Shown here in pieces: positions 15,101 through 32,400 of a stretch of DNA of 64,000 nt. Numbering within the stretch: position 1 is the first letter of the stretch; every line of letters starts with the position of its first letter. The DNA is from the human T2T-CHM13v2.0 reference genome, Homo sapiens. The stretch is from NCBI RefSeq assembly GCF_009914755.1, contig NC_060925.1; one strand, written 5' to 3'. A program made the position numbers and the translations under genes. The notes under the pieces are model-generated. The model was not told where the DNA came from. It did no database searches and was given only the letters and a program-made list of their open reading frames with translations.

Positions 15101-17439
15101 ATTGAACGGAATCGAATGGAATCATCATCGGATGGAAATGAAAGGAGTCATCATCTAATGGAATTGCATGGAATCATCATAAAATGGAATCGAATGGAAT
15201 CAACATCAAATGGAATCAAATGGAATCATTGAACGGAATTGAATGGAATCGTCATCGAATGAATTGAATGCAATCATCGAATGGTCTCGAATGGAATCAT
15301 CTTCAAATGGAATGGAATGGAATCATCGCATAGAATCGAATGGAATTATCATCGAATGGAATCGAATGGAATCAACATCAAACGGAAAAAAACGGAATTA
15401 TCGAATGGAATCGAAGAGAATCATCGAATGGACCCGAATGGAATCATCTAATGGAATGGAATGGAATAATCCATGGACTCGAATGCAATCATCATCGAAT
15501 GGAATCAAATGGAATCATCGAATGGACTCGAATGGAATAATCATTGAACGGAATCGAATGGAATCATCATCGGATGGAAATGAATGGAATCATCATCGAA
15601 TGGAATCGAATAGAATTATGGAATGAAATCCAGTGTGATCATCATCGAATGGACCCGAATGGAATCATCATCCAACGGATGCTAATGGAATCAACATCGA
15701 ATGAATCAAATGGAAACACCATCGAATTGAAACGAATGGAATTACCATGAAATTGAAATGGATGGACTCATCATCGAATGTATTCGAAAGGAATCATCGA
15801 ATAAAATTGATTGAAATCATCATCGAATGGAATCGAATGGTATCATTGAATGGAATCGAATGGAATCATCATCAGATGGAAATGAATGGAATCGTCATAG
15901 AATGGAATCGAATGGATTCATTGAATGGAATCAGATGGAATCATCGAATGGACTGGAATGGAATCATTGAATGGACTCGAAAGAGATCATGATTGAATGG
16001 AATTGAATGGAATCATCGAATGGTCTCGATTTGAATCATTATCAAATGGAATCGAATGGAATCACCGAATAGAATCGAATGGAACAATCATCGAATGGAC
16101 TCAAATGGAATTATCCTCCAATGGAATCGAATGGAATTATCGAATGCAATCGAATGGAATTATCGAATGCAATCGAATAGAATCATCGAATGGACTCGAA
16201 TGGAATCATCGAATGGAATGGAATGGAACAGTCAATGAACTCGAATGGAATCATCATTGAATGGAATCGAATGGAATCATCGAGTGGAATCGAATGGAAT
16301 TATGATCAAATGGAATCGAATGTAATCATCATCAAATGGAATCAAAAATAACCATCATCAATTGGTATTGAATGGAATTGTCATCAAATGGAATTCAAAG
16401 GAAACATCATCAAATGGAACCGAATGGAATCCTCATTGAATGGAAATGAAAGGGGTCATCATCTAATGGAATCGCATGGAATCATCATCAAATGGAATCG
16501 AATGGAATCATCATCAAATGAAATCTAATGGAATCATTGAACAGAATTGAATGGAATCGTCATCGAATGAATTGAATGCAATCATCGAATGGTCTCGAAT
16601 GGAACCATCTTCTAATGGAAAGGAATGGAATCATCGCATAGAATCGAATGGAATTGTCATCGAATGGAATCGAATGGTATCAACACCAAACGGAAAAAAA
16701 CGGAATTATCGAATGGAATCGAAGAGAATCTTCGAACGGACCCGAATGGAATCATCTAATGGAATGGAATGGAATAATCCATGGACTCGAATGCAATCAT
16801 CATCGAATGGAATCGAATGGAATCATCGAATGGACTCGAATGAAATAATCATTGAACGGAATCGAATGGAATCATCATCGGATGGAAACGAATGGAATCA
16901 TCATCGAATGGAAATGAAAGGAGTCATCATCTAATGGAATTGCATGGAATCATCATAAAATGGAATCGAATGGAATCAACATCAAATGGAATCAAATGGA
17001 ATCATTGAACGGAATTGAATGGAATCGTCATCGAATGAATTGAATGCAATCATCGAATGGTCTCGAATGGAATCATCTTCAAATGGAATGGAATGGAATC
17101 ATCACATAGAATCGAATGGAATTATCATCGAATGGAATCGAATGGAATCAACATCAAACGGAAAAAAACGGAATTATCGAATGGAATCGAAGAGAATCAT
17201 CGAATGGACCTGAATGGAATCATCTAATGGAATGGAATGGAATAATCCATGGACTCGAATGCAATCATCATCGAATGGAATCGAATGGAATCATCCAATG
17301 GACTCGAATGGAATAATCATTGAACGGAATCGAATGGAATCATCATCGTATGGAAATGAATGGAATCATCATCGAATGGAATCGAATAGAATTATGGAAT
17401 GAAATCCAGTGTGATCATCATCGAATGGACCCGAATGGA

Positions 17440-20400
17440 ATCATCATCCAACGGATGCTAATGGAATCAACATCGAATGAATCAAATGGAAACACCATCG
17501 AATTGAAACGAATGGAATTACCATGAAATTGAAATGGATGGACTCATCATCGAATGGATTTGAAAGGAATCATCGAATAAAATTGATTGAAATCATCATC
17601 GAATGGAATCGAATGGTATCATTGAATGGAATCGAATGGAATCATCATCAGATGGAAATGAATGGAATCGTCATAGAATGGAATCGAATGGATTCATTGA
17701 ATGGAATCAGATGGAATCATCGAATGGACTGGAATGGAATCATTGAATGGACTCGAAAGAGATCATGATTGAATGGAATTGAATGGAATCATCGAATGGT
17801 CTCGATTGGAATCATTATCAAATGGAATCGAATGGAATCACCGAATAGAATCGAATGGAACAATCATCGAATGGACTCAAATGGAATTATCCTCCAATGG
17901 AATCGAATGGAATTATCGAATGCAATCGAATGGAATTATCGAATGCAATCGAATAGAATCATCGAATGGACTCGAATGGAATCATCGAATGGAATGGAAT
18001 GGAACAGTCAATGAACTCGAATGGAATCATCATTGAATGGAATCGAATGGAATCATCGAGTGGAATCGAATGGAATTATGATCAAATGGAATCGAATGTA
18101 ATCATCATCAAATGGAATCAAAAATAACCATCATCAATTGGTATTGAATGGAATTGTCATCAAATGGAATTCAAAGGAAACATCATCAAATGGAACCGAA
18201 TGGAATCCTCATTGAATGGAAATGAAAGGGGTCATCATCTAATGGAATCGCATGGAATCATCATCAAATGGAATCGAATGGAATCATCATCAAATGGAAT
18301 CTAATGGAATCATTGAACAGAATTGAATGGAATCGTCATCGAATGAATTGAATGCAATCATCGAATGGTCTCGAATGGAACCATCTTCTAATGGAAAGGA
18401 ATGGAATCATCGCATAGAATCGAATGGAATTATCATCGAATGGAATCGAATGGTATCAACACCAAACGGAAAAAAACGGAATTATCGAATGGAATCGAAG
18501 AGAATCTTCGAACGGACCCGAATGGAATCATCTAATGGAATGGAATGGAATAATCCATGGACTCGAATGCAATGATCATCGAATGGAATCGAATGGAATC
18601 ATCGAATGGACTCGAATGAAATAATCATTGAACGGAATCGAATGGAATCATCATCGGATGGAAATGAAAGGAGTCATCATCTAATGGAATTGCATGGAAT
18701 CATCATAAAATGGAATCGAATGGAATCAACATCAAATGGAATCAAATGGAATCATTGAACGGAATTGAATGGAATCGTCATCGAATGAATTGAATGCAAT
18801 CATCGAATGGTCTCGAATGGAATCATCTTCAAATGGAATGGAATGGAATCATCGCATAGAATCGAATGGAATTATCATCGAATGGAATCGAATGGAATCA
18901 ACATCAAACGGAAAAAAACGGAATTATCGAATGGAATCGAAGAGAATCATCGAATGGACCCGAATGGAATCATCTAATGGAATGGAATGGAATAATCCAT
19001 GGACTCGAATGCAATCATCATCGAATGGAATCGAATGGAATCATCCAATGGACTCGAATGGAATAATCATTGAACGGAATCGAATGGAATCAACATCGGA
19101 TGGAAATGAATGGAATCATCATCGAATGGAATCGAATAGAATTATGGAATGAAATCCAGTGTGATCATCATCGAATGGACCCGAAAGGAATCATCATCCA
19201 ACGGATGCTAATGGAATCAACATCGAATGAATCAAATGGAAACACCATCGAATTGAAACGAATGGAATTACCATGAAATTGAAATGGATGGACTCATCAT
19301 CGAATGGATTTGAAAGGAATCATCGAATAAAATTGATTGAAATCATCATCGAATGGAATCGAATGGTATCATTGAATGGAATCGAATGGAATCATCATCA
19401 GATGGAAATGAATGGAATCGTCATAGAATGGAATCGAATGGATTCATTGAATGGAATCAGATGGAATCATCGAATGGACTGGAATGGAATCATTGAATGG
19501 ACTCGAAAGAGATCATGATTGAATGGAATTGAATGGAATCATCGAATGGTCTCGATTGGAATCATTATCAAATGGAATCGAATGGAATCACCGAATAGAA
19601 TCGAATGGAACAATCATCGAATGGACTCAAATGGAATTATCCTCCAATGGAATCGAATGGAATTATCGAATGCAATCGAATGGAATTATCGAATGCAATC
19701 GAATAGAATCATCGAATGGACTCGAATGGAATCATCGAATGGAATGGAATGGAACAGTCAATGAACTCGAATGGAATCATCATTGAATGGAATCGAATGG
19801 AATCATCGAGTGGAATCGAATGGAATTATGATCAAATGGAATCGAATGTAATCATCATCAAATGGAATCAAAAATAACCATCATCAATTGGTATTGAATG
19901 GAATTGTCATCAAATGGAATTCAAAGGAAACATCATCAAATGGAACCGAATGGAATCCTCATTGAATGGAAATGAAAGGGGTCATCATCTAATGGAATCG
20001 CATGGAATCATCATCAAATGGAATCGAATGGAATCATCATCAAATGGAATCTAATGGAATCATTGAACAGAATTGAATGGAATCGTCATCGAATGAATTG
20101 AATGCAATCATCGAATGGTCTCGAATGGAACCATCTTCTAATGGAAAGGAATGGAATCATCGCATAGAATCGAATGGAATTATCATCGAATGGAATCGAA
20201 TGGTATCAACACCAAACGGAAAAAAACGGAATTATCGAATGGAATCGAAGAGAATCTTCGAACGGACCCGAATGGAATCATCTAATGGAATGGAATGGAA
20301 TAATCCATGGACTCGAATGCAATGATCATCGAATGGAATCGAATGGAATCATCGAATGGACTCGAATGAAATAATCATTGAACGGAATCGAATGGAATCA

Positions 20401-23400
20401 TCATCGGATGGAAATGAAAGGAGTCATCATCTAATGGAATTGCATGGAATCATCATAAAATGGAATCGAATGGAATCAACATCAAATGGAATCAAATGGA
20501 ATCATTGAACGGAATTGAATGGAATCGTCATCGAATGAATTGAATGCAATCATCGAATGGTCTCGAATGGAATCATCTTCAAATGGAATGGAATGGAATC
20601 ATCGCATAGAATCGAATGGAATTATCATCGAATGGAATCGAATGGAATCAACATCAAACGGAAAAAAACGGAATTATCGAATGGAATCGAAGAGAATCAT
20701 CGAATGGACCCGAATGGAATCATCTAATGGAATGGAATGGAATAATCCATGGACTCGAATGCAATCATCATCGAATGGAATCAAATGGAATCATCGAATG
20801 GACTCGAATGGAATAATCATTGAGCGGAATCGAATGGAATCATCATCGGATGGAAATGAATGGAATCATCATCGAATGGAATCGAATAGAATTATGGAAT
20901 GAAATCCAGTGTGATCATCATCGAATGGACCCGAATGGAATCATCATCCAACGGATGCTAATGGAATCAACATCGAATGAATCAAATGGAAACACCATCG
21001 AATTGAAACGAATGGAATTACCATGAAATTGAAATGGATGGACTCATCATCGAATGTATTCGAAAGGAATCATCGAATAAAATTGATTGAAATCATCATC
21101 GAATGGAATCGAATGGTATCATTGAATGGAATCGAATGGAATCATCATCAGATGGAAATGAATGGAATCGTCATAGAATGGAATCGAATGGATTCATTGA
21201 ATGGAATCAGATGGAATCATCGAATGGACTGGAATGGAATCATTGAATGGACTCGAAAGAGATCATGATTGAATGGAATTGAATGGAATCATCGAATGGT
21301 CTCGATTGGAATCATTATCAAATGGAATCGAATGGAATCACCGAATAGAATCGAATGGAACAATCATCGAATGGACTCAAATGGAATTATCCTCCAATGG
21401 AATCGAATGGAATTATCGAATGCAATCGAATGGAATTATCGAATGCAATCGAATAGAATCATCGAATGGACTCGAATGGAATCATCGAATGGAATGGAAT
21501 GGAACAGTCAATGAACTCGAATGGAATCATCATTGAATGGAATCGAATGGAATCATCGAGTGGAATCGAATGGAATTATGATCAAATGGAATCGAATGTA
21601 ATCATCATCAAATGGAATCAAAAATAACCATCATCAATTGGTATTGAATGGAATTGTCATCAAATGGAATTCAAAGGAAACATCATCAAATGGAACCGAA
21701 TGGAATCCTCATTGAATGGAAATGAAAGGGGTCATCATCTAATGGAATCGCATGGAATCATCATAAAATGGAATCGAATGGAATCATCATGAAATGGAAT
21801 CTAATGGAATCATTGAACAGAATTGAATGGAATCGTCATCGAATGAATTGAATGCAATCATCGAATGGTCTCGAATGGAACCATCTTCTAATGGAAAGGA
21901 ATGGAATCATCGCATAGAATCGAATGGAATTATCATCGAATGGAATCGAATGGTATCAACACCAAACGGAAAAAAACGGAATTATCGAATGGAATCGAAG
22001 AGAATCTTCGAACGGACCCGAATGGAATCATCTAATGGGATGGAATGGAATAATCCATGGACTCGAATGCAATCATCATCGAATGGAATCGAATGGAATC
22101 ATCGAATGGACTCGAATGGAATAATCATTGAACGGAATCGAATGGAATCATCATCGGATGGAAACGAATGGAATCATCATCGAATGGAAATGAAAGGAGT
22201 CATCATCTAATAGAATTGCATGGAATCATCATAAAATGGAATCGAATGGAATCAACATCAAATGGAATCAAATGGAATCATTGAACGGAATTGAATGGAA
22301 TCGTCATCGAATGAATTGACTGCAATCATCGAATGGTCTCGAATGGAATCATCTTCAAATGGAATGGAATGGAATCATCGCATAGAATCGAATGGAATTA
22401 TCATCGAATGGAATCGAATGGAATCAACATCAAACGGAAAAAAACGGAATTATCGAATGGAATCGAAGAGAATCATCGAATGGACCCGAATGGAATCATC
22501 TAATGGAATGGAATGGAATAATCCATGGACTCGAATGCAATCATCATCGAATGGAATCGAATGGAATCATCGAATGGACTCGAATGGAATAATCATTGAA
22601 CGGAATCGAATGGAATCATCATCGGATGGAAATGAAAGGAGTCATCATCTAATGGAATTGCATGGAATCATCATAAAATGGAATCGAATGGAATCAATAT
22701 CAAATGGAATCAAATGGAATCATTGAACGGAATTGAATGGAATCGTCATCGAATGAATTGAATGCAATCATCGAATGGTCTCGAATGGAATCATCTTCAA
22801 ATGGAATGGAATGGAATCATCGCATAGAATCGAATGGAATTATCATCGAATGGAATCGAATGGAATCAACATCAAACGGAAAAAAACGGAATTATCGAAT
22901 GGAATCGAAGAGAATCATCGAATGGACCCGAATGGAATCATCTAATGGAATGGAATGGAATAATCCATGGACTCGAATGCAATCATCATCGAATGGAATC
23001 AAATGGAATCATCGAATGGACTCGAATGGAATAATCATTGAACGGAATCGAATGGAATCATCATCGGATGGAAATGAATGGAATCATCATCGAATGGAAT
23101 CGAATAGAATTATGGAATGAAATCCAGTGTGATCATCATCGAATGGACCCGAATGGAATCATCATCCAACGGATGCTAATGGAATCAACATCGAATGAAT
23201 CAAATGGAAACACCATCGAATTGAAACGAATGGAATTACCATGAAATTGAAATGGATGGACTCATCATCGAATGTATTCGAAAGGAATCATCGAATAAAA
23301 TTGATTGAAATCATCATCGAATGGAATCGAATGGTATCATTGAATGGAATCGAATGGAATCATCATCAGATGGAAATGAATGGAATCGTCATAGAATGGA

Positions 23401-26400
23401 ATCGAATGGATTCATTGAATGGAATCAGATGGAATCATCGAATGGACTGGAATGGAATCATTGAATGGACTCGAAAGAGATCATGATTGAATGGAATTGA
23501 ATGGAATCATCGAATGGTCTCGATTGGAATCATTATCAAATGGAATCGAATGGAATCACCGAATAGAATCGAATGGAACAATCATCGAATGGACTCAAAT
23601 GGAATTATCCTCCAATGGAATCGAATGGAATTATCGAATGCAATCGAATGGAATTATCGAATGCAATCAAATAGAATCATCGAATGGACTCGAATGGAAT
23701 CATCGAATGGAATGGAATGGAACAGTCAATGAACTCGAATGGAATCATCATTGAATGGAATCGAATGGAATCATCGAGTGGAATCGAATGGAATTATGAT
23801 CAAATGGAATCGAATGTAATCATCATCAAATGGAATCAAAAATAACCATCATCAATTGGTATTGAATGGAATTGTCATCAAATGGAATTCAAAGGAAACA
23901 TCATCAAATGGAACCGAATGGAATCCTCATTGAATGGAAATGAAAGGGGTCATCATCTAATGGAATCGCATGGAATCATCATCAAATGGAATCGAATGGA
24001 ATCATCATCAAATGAAATCTAATGGAATCATTGAACAGAATTGAATGGAATCGTCATCGAATGAATTGAATGCAATCATCGAATGGTCTCGAATGGAACC
24101 ATCTTCTAATGGAAAGGAATGGAATCATCGCATAGAATCGAATGGAATTGTCATCGAATGGAATCGAATGGTATCAACACCAAACGGAAAAAAACGGAAT
24201 TATCGAATGGAATCGAAGAGAATCTTCGAACGGACCCGAATGGAATCATCTAATGGAATGGAATGGAATAATCCATGGACTCGAATGCAATCATCATCGA
24301 ATGGAATCGAATGGAATCATCGAATGGACTCGAATGAAATAATCATTGAACGGAATCGAATGGAATCATCATCGGATGGAAACGAATGGAATCATCATCG
24401 AATGGAAATGAAAGGAGTCATCATCTAATGGAATTGCATGGAATCATCATAAAATGGAATCGAATGGAATCAACATCAAATGGAATCAAATGGAATCATT
24501 GAACGGAATTGAATGGAATCGTCATCGAATGAATTGAATGCAATCATCGAATGGTCTCGAATGGAATCATCTTCAAATGGAATGGAATGGAATCATCGCA
24601 TAGAATCGAATGGAATTATCATCGAATGGAATCGAATGGAATCAACATCAAACGGAAAAAAACGGAATTATCGAATGGAATCGAAGAGAATCATCGAATG
24701 GACCCGAATGGAATCATCTAATGGAATGGAATGGAATAATCCATGGACTCGAATGCAATCATCATCGAATGGAATCGAATGGAATCATCCAATGGACTCG
24801 AATGGAATAATCATTGAACGGAATCGAATGGAATCATCATCGTATGGAAATGAATGGAATCATCATCGAATGGAATCGAATAGAATTATGGAATGAAATC
24901 CAGTGTGATCATCATCGAATGGACCCGAATGGAATCATCATCCAACGGATGCTAATGGAATCAACATCGAATGAATCAAATGGAAACACCATCGAATTGA
25001 AACGAATGGAATTACCATGAAATTGAAATGGATGGACTCATCATCGAATGGATTTGAAAGGAATCATCGAATAAAATTGATTGAAATCATCATCGAATGG
25101 AATCGAATGGTATCATTGAATGGAATCGAATGGAATCATCATCAGATGGAAATGAATGGAATCGTCATAGAATGGAATCGAATGGATTCATTGAATGGAA
25201 TCAGATGGAATCATCGAATGGACTGGAATGGAATCATTGAATGGACTCGAAAGAGATCATGATTGAATGGAATTGAATGGAATCATCGAATGGTCTCGAT
25301 TGGAATCATTATCAAATGGAATCGAATGGAATCACCGAATAGAATCGAATGGAACAATCATCGAATGGACTCAAATGGAATTATCCTCCAATGGAATCGA
25401 ATGGAATTATCGAATGCAATCGAATGGAATTATCGAATGCAATCGAATAGAATCATCGAATGGACTCGAATGGAATCATCGAATGGAATGGAATGGAACA
25501 GTCAATGAACTCGAATGGAATCATCATTGAATGGAATCGAATGGAATCATCGAGTGGAATCGAATGGAATTATGATCAAATGGAATCGAATGTAATCATC
25601 ATCAAATGGAATCAAAAATAACCATCATCAATTGGTATTGAATGGAATTGTCATCAAATGGAATTCAAAGGAAACATCATCAAATGGAACCGAATGGAAT
25701 CCTCATTGAATGGAAATGAAAGGGGTCATCATCTAATGGAATCGCATGGAATCATCATCAAATGGAATCGAATGGAATCATCATCAAATGGAATCTAATG
25801 GAATCATTGAACAGAATTGAATGGAATCGTCATCGAATGAATTGAATGCAATCATCGAATGGTCTCGAATGGAACCATCTTCTAATGGAAAGGAATGGAA
25901 TCATCGCATAGAATCGAATGGAATTATCATCGAATGGAATCGAATGGTATCAACACCAAACGGAAAAAAACGGAATTATCGAATGGAATCGAAGAGAATC
26001 TTCGAACGGACCCGAATGGAATCATCTAATGGAATGGAATGGAATAATCCATGGACTCGAATGCAATGATCATCGAATGGAATCGAATGGAATCATCGAA
26101 TGGACTCGAATGAAATAATCATTGAACGGAATCGAATGGAATCATCATCGGATGGAAATGAAAGGAGTCATCATCTAATGGAATTGCATGGAATCATCAT
26201 AAAATGGAATCGAATGGAATCAACATCAAATGGAATCAAATGGAATCATTGAACGGAATTGAATGGAATCGTCATCGAATGAATTGAATGCAATCATCGA
26301 ATGGTCTCGAATGGAATCATCTTCAAATGGAATGGAATGGAATCATCGCATAGAATCGAATGGAATTATCATCGAATGGAATCGAATGGAATCAACATCA

Positions 26401-29400
26401 AACGGAAAAAAACGGAATTATCGAATGGAATCGAAGAGAATCATCGAATGGACCCGAATGGAATCATCTAATGGAATGGAATGGAATAATCCATGGACTC
26501 GAATGCAATCATCATCGAATGGAATCGAATGGAATCATCCAATGGACTCGAATGGAATAATCATTGAACGGAATCGAATGGAATCAACATCGGATGGAAA
26601 TGAATGGAATCATCATCGAATGGAATCGAATAGAATTATGGAATGAAATCCAGTGTGATCATCATCGAATGGACCCGAAAGGAATCATCATCCAACGGAT
26701 GCTAATGGAATCAACATCGAATGAATCAAATGGAAACACCATCGAATTGAAACGAATGGAATTACCATGAAATTGAAATGGATGGACTCATCATCGAATG
26801 GATTTGAAAGGAATCATCGAATAAAATTGATTGAAATCATCATCGAATGGAATCGAATGGTATCATTGAATGGAATCGAATGGAATCATCATCAGATGGA
26901 AATGAATGGAATCGTCATAGAATGGAATCGAATGGATTCATTGAATGGAATCAGATGGAATCATCGAATGGACTGGAATGGAATCATTGAATGGACTCGA
27001 AAGAGATCATGATTGAATGGAATTGAATGGAATCATCGAATGGTCTCGATTGGAATCATTATCAAATGGAATCGAATGGAATCACCGAATAGAATCGAAT
27101 GGAACAATCATCGAATGGACTCAAATGGAATTATCCTCCAATGGAATCGAATGGAATTATCGAATGCAATCGAATGGAATTATCGAATGCAATCGAATAG
27201 AATCATCGAATGGACTCGAATGGAATCATCGAATGGAATGGAATGGAACAGTCAATGAACTCGAATGGAATCATCATTGAATGGAATCGAATGGAATCAT
27301 CGAGTGGAATCGAATGGAATTATGATCAAATGGAATCGAATGTAATCATCATCAAATGGAATCAAAAATAACCATCATCAATTGGTATTGAATGGAATTG
27401 TCATCAAATGGAATTCAAAGGAAACATCATCAAATGGAACCGAATGGAATCCTCATTGAATGGAAATGAAAGGGGTCATCATCTAATGGAATCGCATGGA
27501 ATCATCATCAAATGGAATCGAATGGAATCATCATCAAATGGAATCTAATGGAATCATTGAACAGAATTGAATGGAATCGTCATCGAATGAATTGAATGCA
27601 ATCATCGAATGGTCTCGAATGGAACCATCTTCTAATGGAAAGGAATGGAATCATCGCATAGAATCGAATGGAATTATCATCGAATGGAATCGAATGGTAT
27701 CAACACCAAACGGAAAAAAACGGAATTATCGAATGGAATCGAAGAGAATCTTCGAACGGACCCGAATGGAATCATCTAATGGAATGGAATGGAATAATCC
27801 ATGGACTCGAATGCAATGATCATCGAATGGAATCGAATGGAATCATCGAATGGACTCGAATGAAATAATCATTGAACGGAATCGAATGGAATCATCATCG
27901 GATGGAAATGAAAGGAGTCATCATCTAATGGAATTGCATGGAATCATCATAAAATGGAATCGAATGGAATCAACATCAAATGGAATCAAATGGAATCATT
28001 GAACGGAATTGAATGGAATCGTCATCGAATGAATTGAATGCAATCATCGAATGGTCTCGAATGGAATCATCTTCAAATGGAATGGAATGGAATCATCGCA
28101 TAGAATCGAATGGAATTATCATCGAATGGAATCGAATGGAATCAACATCAAACGGAAAAAAACGGAATTATCGAATGGAATCGAAGAGAATCATCGAATG
28201 GACCCGAATGGAATCATCTAATGGAATGGAATGGAATAATCCATGGACTCGAATGCAATCATCATCGAATGGAATCGAATGGAATCATCCAATGGACTCG
28301 AATGGAATAATCATTGAACGGAATCGAATGGAATCAACATCGGATGGAAATGAATGGAATCATCATCGAATGGAATCGAATAGAATTATGGAATGAAATC
28401 CAGTGTGATCATCATCGAATGGACCCGAAAGGAATCATCATCCAACGGATGCTAATGGAATCAACATCGAATGAATCAAATGGAAACACCATCGAATTGA
28501 AACGAATGGAATTACCATGAAATTGAAATGGATGGACTCATCATCGAATGGATTTGAAAGGAATCATCGAATAAAATTGATTGAAATCATCATCGAATGG
28601 AATCGAATGGTATCATTGAATGGAATCGAATGGAATCATCATCAGATGGAAATGAATGGAATCGTCATAGAATGGAATCGAATGGATTCATTGAATGGAA
28701 TCAGATGGAATCATCGAATGGACTGGAATGGAATCATTGAATGGACTCGAAAGAGATCATGATTGAATGGAATTGAATGGAATCATCGAATGGTCTCGAT
28801 TGGAATCATTATCAAATGGAATCGAATGGAATCACCGAATAGAATCGAATGGAACAATCATCGAATGGACTCAAATGGAATTATCCTCCAATGGAATCGA
28901 ATGGAATTATCGAATGCAATCGAATGGAATTATCGAATGCAATCGAATAGAATCATCGAATGGACTCGAATGGAATCATCGAATGGAATGGAATGGAACA
29001 GTCAATGAACTCGAATGGAATCATCATTGAATGGAATCGAATGGAATCATCGAGTGGAATCGAATGGAATTATGATCAAATGGAATCGAATGTAATCATC
29101 ATCAAATGGAATCAAAAATAACCATCATCAATTGGTATTGAATGGAATTGTCATCAAATGGAATTCAAAGGAAACATCATCAAATGGAACCGAATGGAAT
29201 CCTCATTGAATGGAAATGAAAGGGGTCATCATCTAATGGAATCGCATGGAATCATCATCAAATGGAATCGAATGGAATCATCATCAAATGGAATCTAATG
29301 GAATCATTGAACAGAATTGAATGGAATCGTCATCGAATGAATTGAATGCAATCATCGAATGGTCTCGAATGGAACCATCTTCTAATGGAAAGGAATGGAA

Positions 29401-32400
29401 TCATCGCATAGAATCGAATGGAATTATCATCGAATGGAATCGAATGGTATCAACACCAAACGGAAAAAAACGGAATTATCGAATGGAATCGAAGAGAATC
29501 TTCGAACGGACCCGAATGGAATCATCTAATGGAATGGAATGGAATAATCCATGGACTCGAATGCAATGATCATCGAATGGAATCGAATGGAATCATCGAA
29601 TGGACTCGAATGAAATAATCATTGAACGGAATCGAATGGAATCATCATCGGATGGAAATGAAAGGAGTCATCATCTAATGGAATTGCATGGAATCATCAT
29701 AAAATGGAATCGAATGGAATCAACATCAAATGGAATCAAATGGAATCATTGAACGGAATTGAATGGAATCGTCATCGAATGAATTGAATGCAATCATCGA
29801 ATGGTCTCGAATGGAATCATCTTCAAATGGAATGGAATGGAATCATCGCATAGAATCGAATGGAATTATCATCGAATGGAATCGAATGGAATCAACATCA
29901 AACGGAAAAAAACGGAATTATCGAATGGAATCGAAGAGAATCATCGAATGGACCCGAATGGAATCATCTAATGGAATGGAATGGAATAATCCATGGACTC
30001 GAATGCAATCATCATCGAATGGAATCAAATGGAATCATCGAATGGACTCGAATGGAATAATCATTGAGCGGAATCGAATGGAATCATCATCGGATGGAAA
30101 TGAATGGAATCATCATCGAATGGAATCGAATAGAATTATGGAATGAAATCCAGTGTGATCATCATCGAATGGACCCGAATGGAATCATCATCCAACGGAT
30201 GCTAATGGAATCAACATCGAATGAATCAAATGGAAACACCATCGAATTGAAACGAATGGAATTACCATGAAATTGAAATGGATGGACTCATCATCGAATG
30301 TATTCGAAAGGAATCATCGAATAAAATTGATTGAAATCATCATCGAATGGAATCGAATGGTATCATTGAATGGAATCGAATGGAATCATCATCAGATGGA
30401 AATGAATGGAATCGTCATAGAATGGAATCGAATGGATTCATTGAATGGAATCAGATGGAATCATCGAATGGACTGGAATGGAATCATTGAATGGACTCGA
30501 AAGAGATCATGATTGAATGGAATTGAATGGAATCATCGAATGGTCTCGATTGGAATCATTATCAAATGGAATCGAATGGAATCACCGAATAGAATCGAAT
30601 GGAACAATCATCGAATGGACTCAAATGGAATTATCCTCCAATGGAATCGAATGGAATTATCGAATGCAATCGAATGGAATTATCGAATGCAATCGAATAG
30701 AATCATCGAATGGACTCGAATGGAATCATCGAATGGAATGGAATGGAACAGTCAATGAACTCGAATGGAATCATCATTGAATGGAATCGAATGGAATCAT
30801 CGAGTGGAATCGAATGGAATTATGATCAAATGGAATCGAATGTAATCATCATCAAATGGAATCAAAAATAACCATCATCAATTGGTATTGAATGGAATTG
30901 TCATCAAATGGAATTCAAAGGAAACATCATCAAATGGAACCGAATGGAATCCTCATTGAATGGAAATGAAAGGGGTCATCATCTAATGGAATCGCATGGA
31001 ATCATCATAAAATGGAATCGAATGGAATCATCATGAAATGGAATCTAATGGAATCATTGAACAGAATTGAATGGAATCGTCATCGAATGAATTGAATGCA
31101 ATCATCGAATGGTCTCGAATGGAACCATCTTCTAATGGAAAGGAATGGAATCATCGCATAGAATCGAATGGAATTATCATCGAATGGAATCGAATGGTAT
31201 CAACACCAAACGGAAAAAAACGGAATTATCGAATGGAATCGAAGAGAATCTTCGAACGGACCCGAATGGAATCATCTAATGGGATGGAATGGAATAATCC
31301 ATGGACTCGAATGCAATCATCATCGAATGGAATCGAATGGAATCATCGAATGGACTCGAATGGAATAATCATTGAACGGAATCGAATGGAATCATCATCG
31401 GATGGAAACGAATGGAATCATCATCGAATGGAAATGAAAGGAGTCATCATCTAATAGAATTGCATGGAATCATCATAAAATGGAATCGAATGGAATCAAC
31501 ATCAAATGGAATCAAATGGAATCATTGAACGGAATTGAATGGAATCGTCATCGAATGAATTGACTGCAATCATCGAATGGTCTCGAATGGAATCATCTTC
31601 AAATGGAATGGAATGGAATCATCGCATAGAATCGAATGGAATTATCATCGAATGGAATCGAATGGAATCAACATCAAACGGAAAAAAACGGAATTATCGA
31701 ATGGAATCGAAGAGAATCATCGAATGGACCCGAATGGAATCATCTAATGGAATGGAATGGAATAATCCATGGACTCGAATGCAATCATCATCGAATGGAA
31801 TCGAATGGAATCATCGAATGGACTCGAATGGAATAATCATTGAACGGAATCGAATGGAATCATCATCGGATGGAAATGAAAGGAGTCATCATCTAATGGA
31901 ATTGCATGGAATCATCATAAAATGGAATCGAATGGAATCAATATCAAATGGAATCAAATGGAATCATTGAACGGAATTGAATGGAATCGTCATCGAATGA
32001 ATTGAATGCAATCATCGAATGGTCTCGAATGGAATCATCTTCAAATGGAATGGAATGGAATCATCGCATAGAATCGAATGGAATTATCATCGAATGGAAT
32101 CGAATGGAATCAACATCAAACGGAAAAAAACGGAATTATCGAATGGAATCGAAGAGAATCATCGAATGGACCCGAATGGAATCATCTAATGGAATGGAAT
32201 GGAATAATCCATGGACTCGAATGCAATCATCATCGAATGGAATCAAATGGAATCATCGAATGGACTCGAATGGAATAATCATTGAACGGAATCGAATGGA
32301 ATCATCATCGGATGGAAATGAATGGAATCATCATCGAATGGAATCGAATAGAATTATGGAATGAAATCCAGTGTGATCATCATCGAATGGACCCGAATGG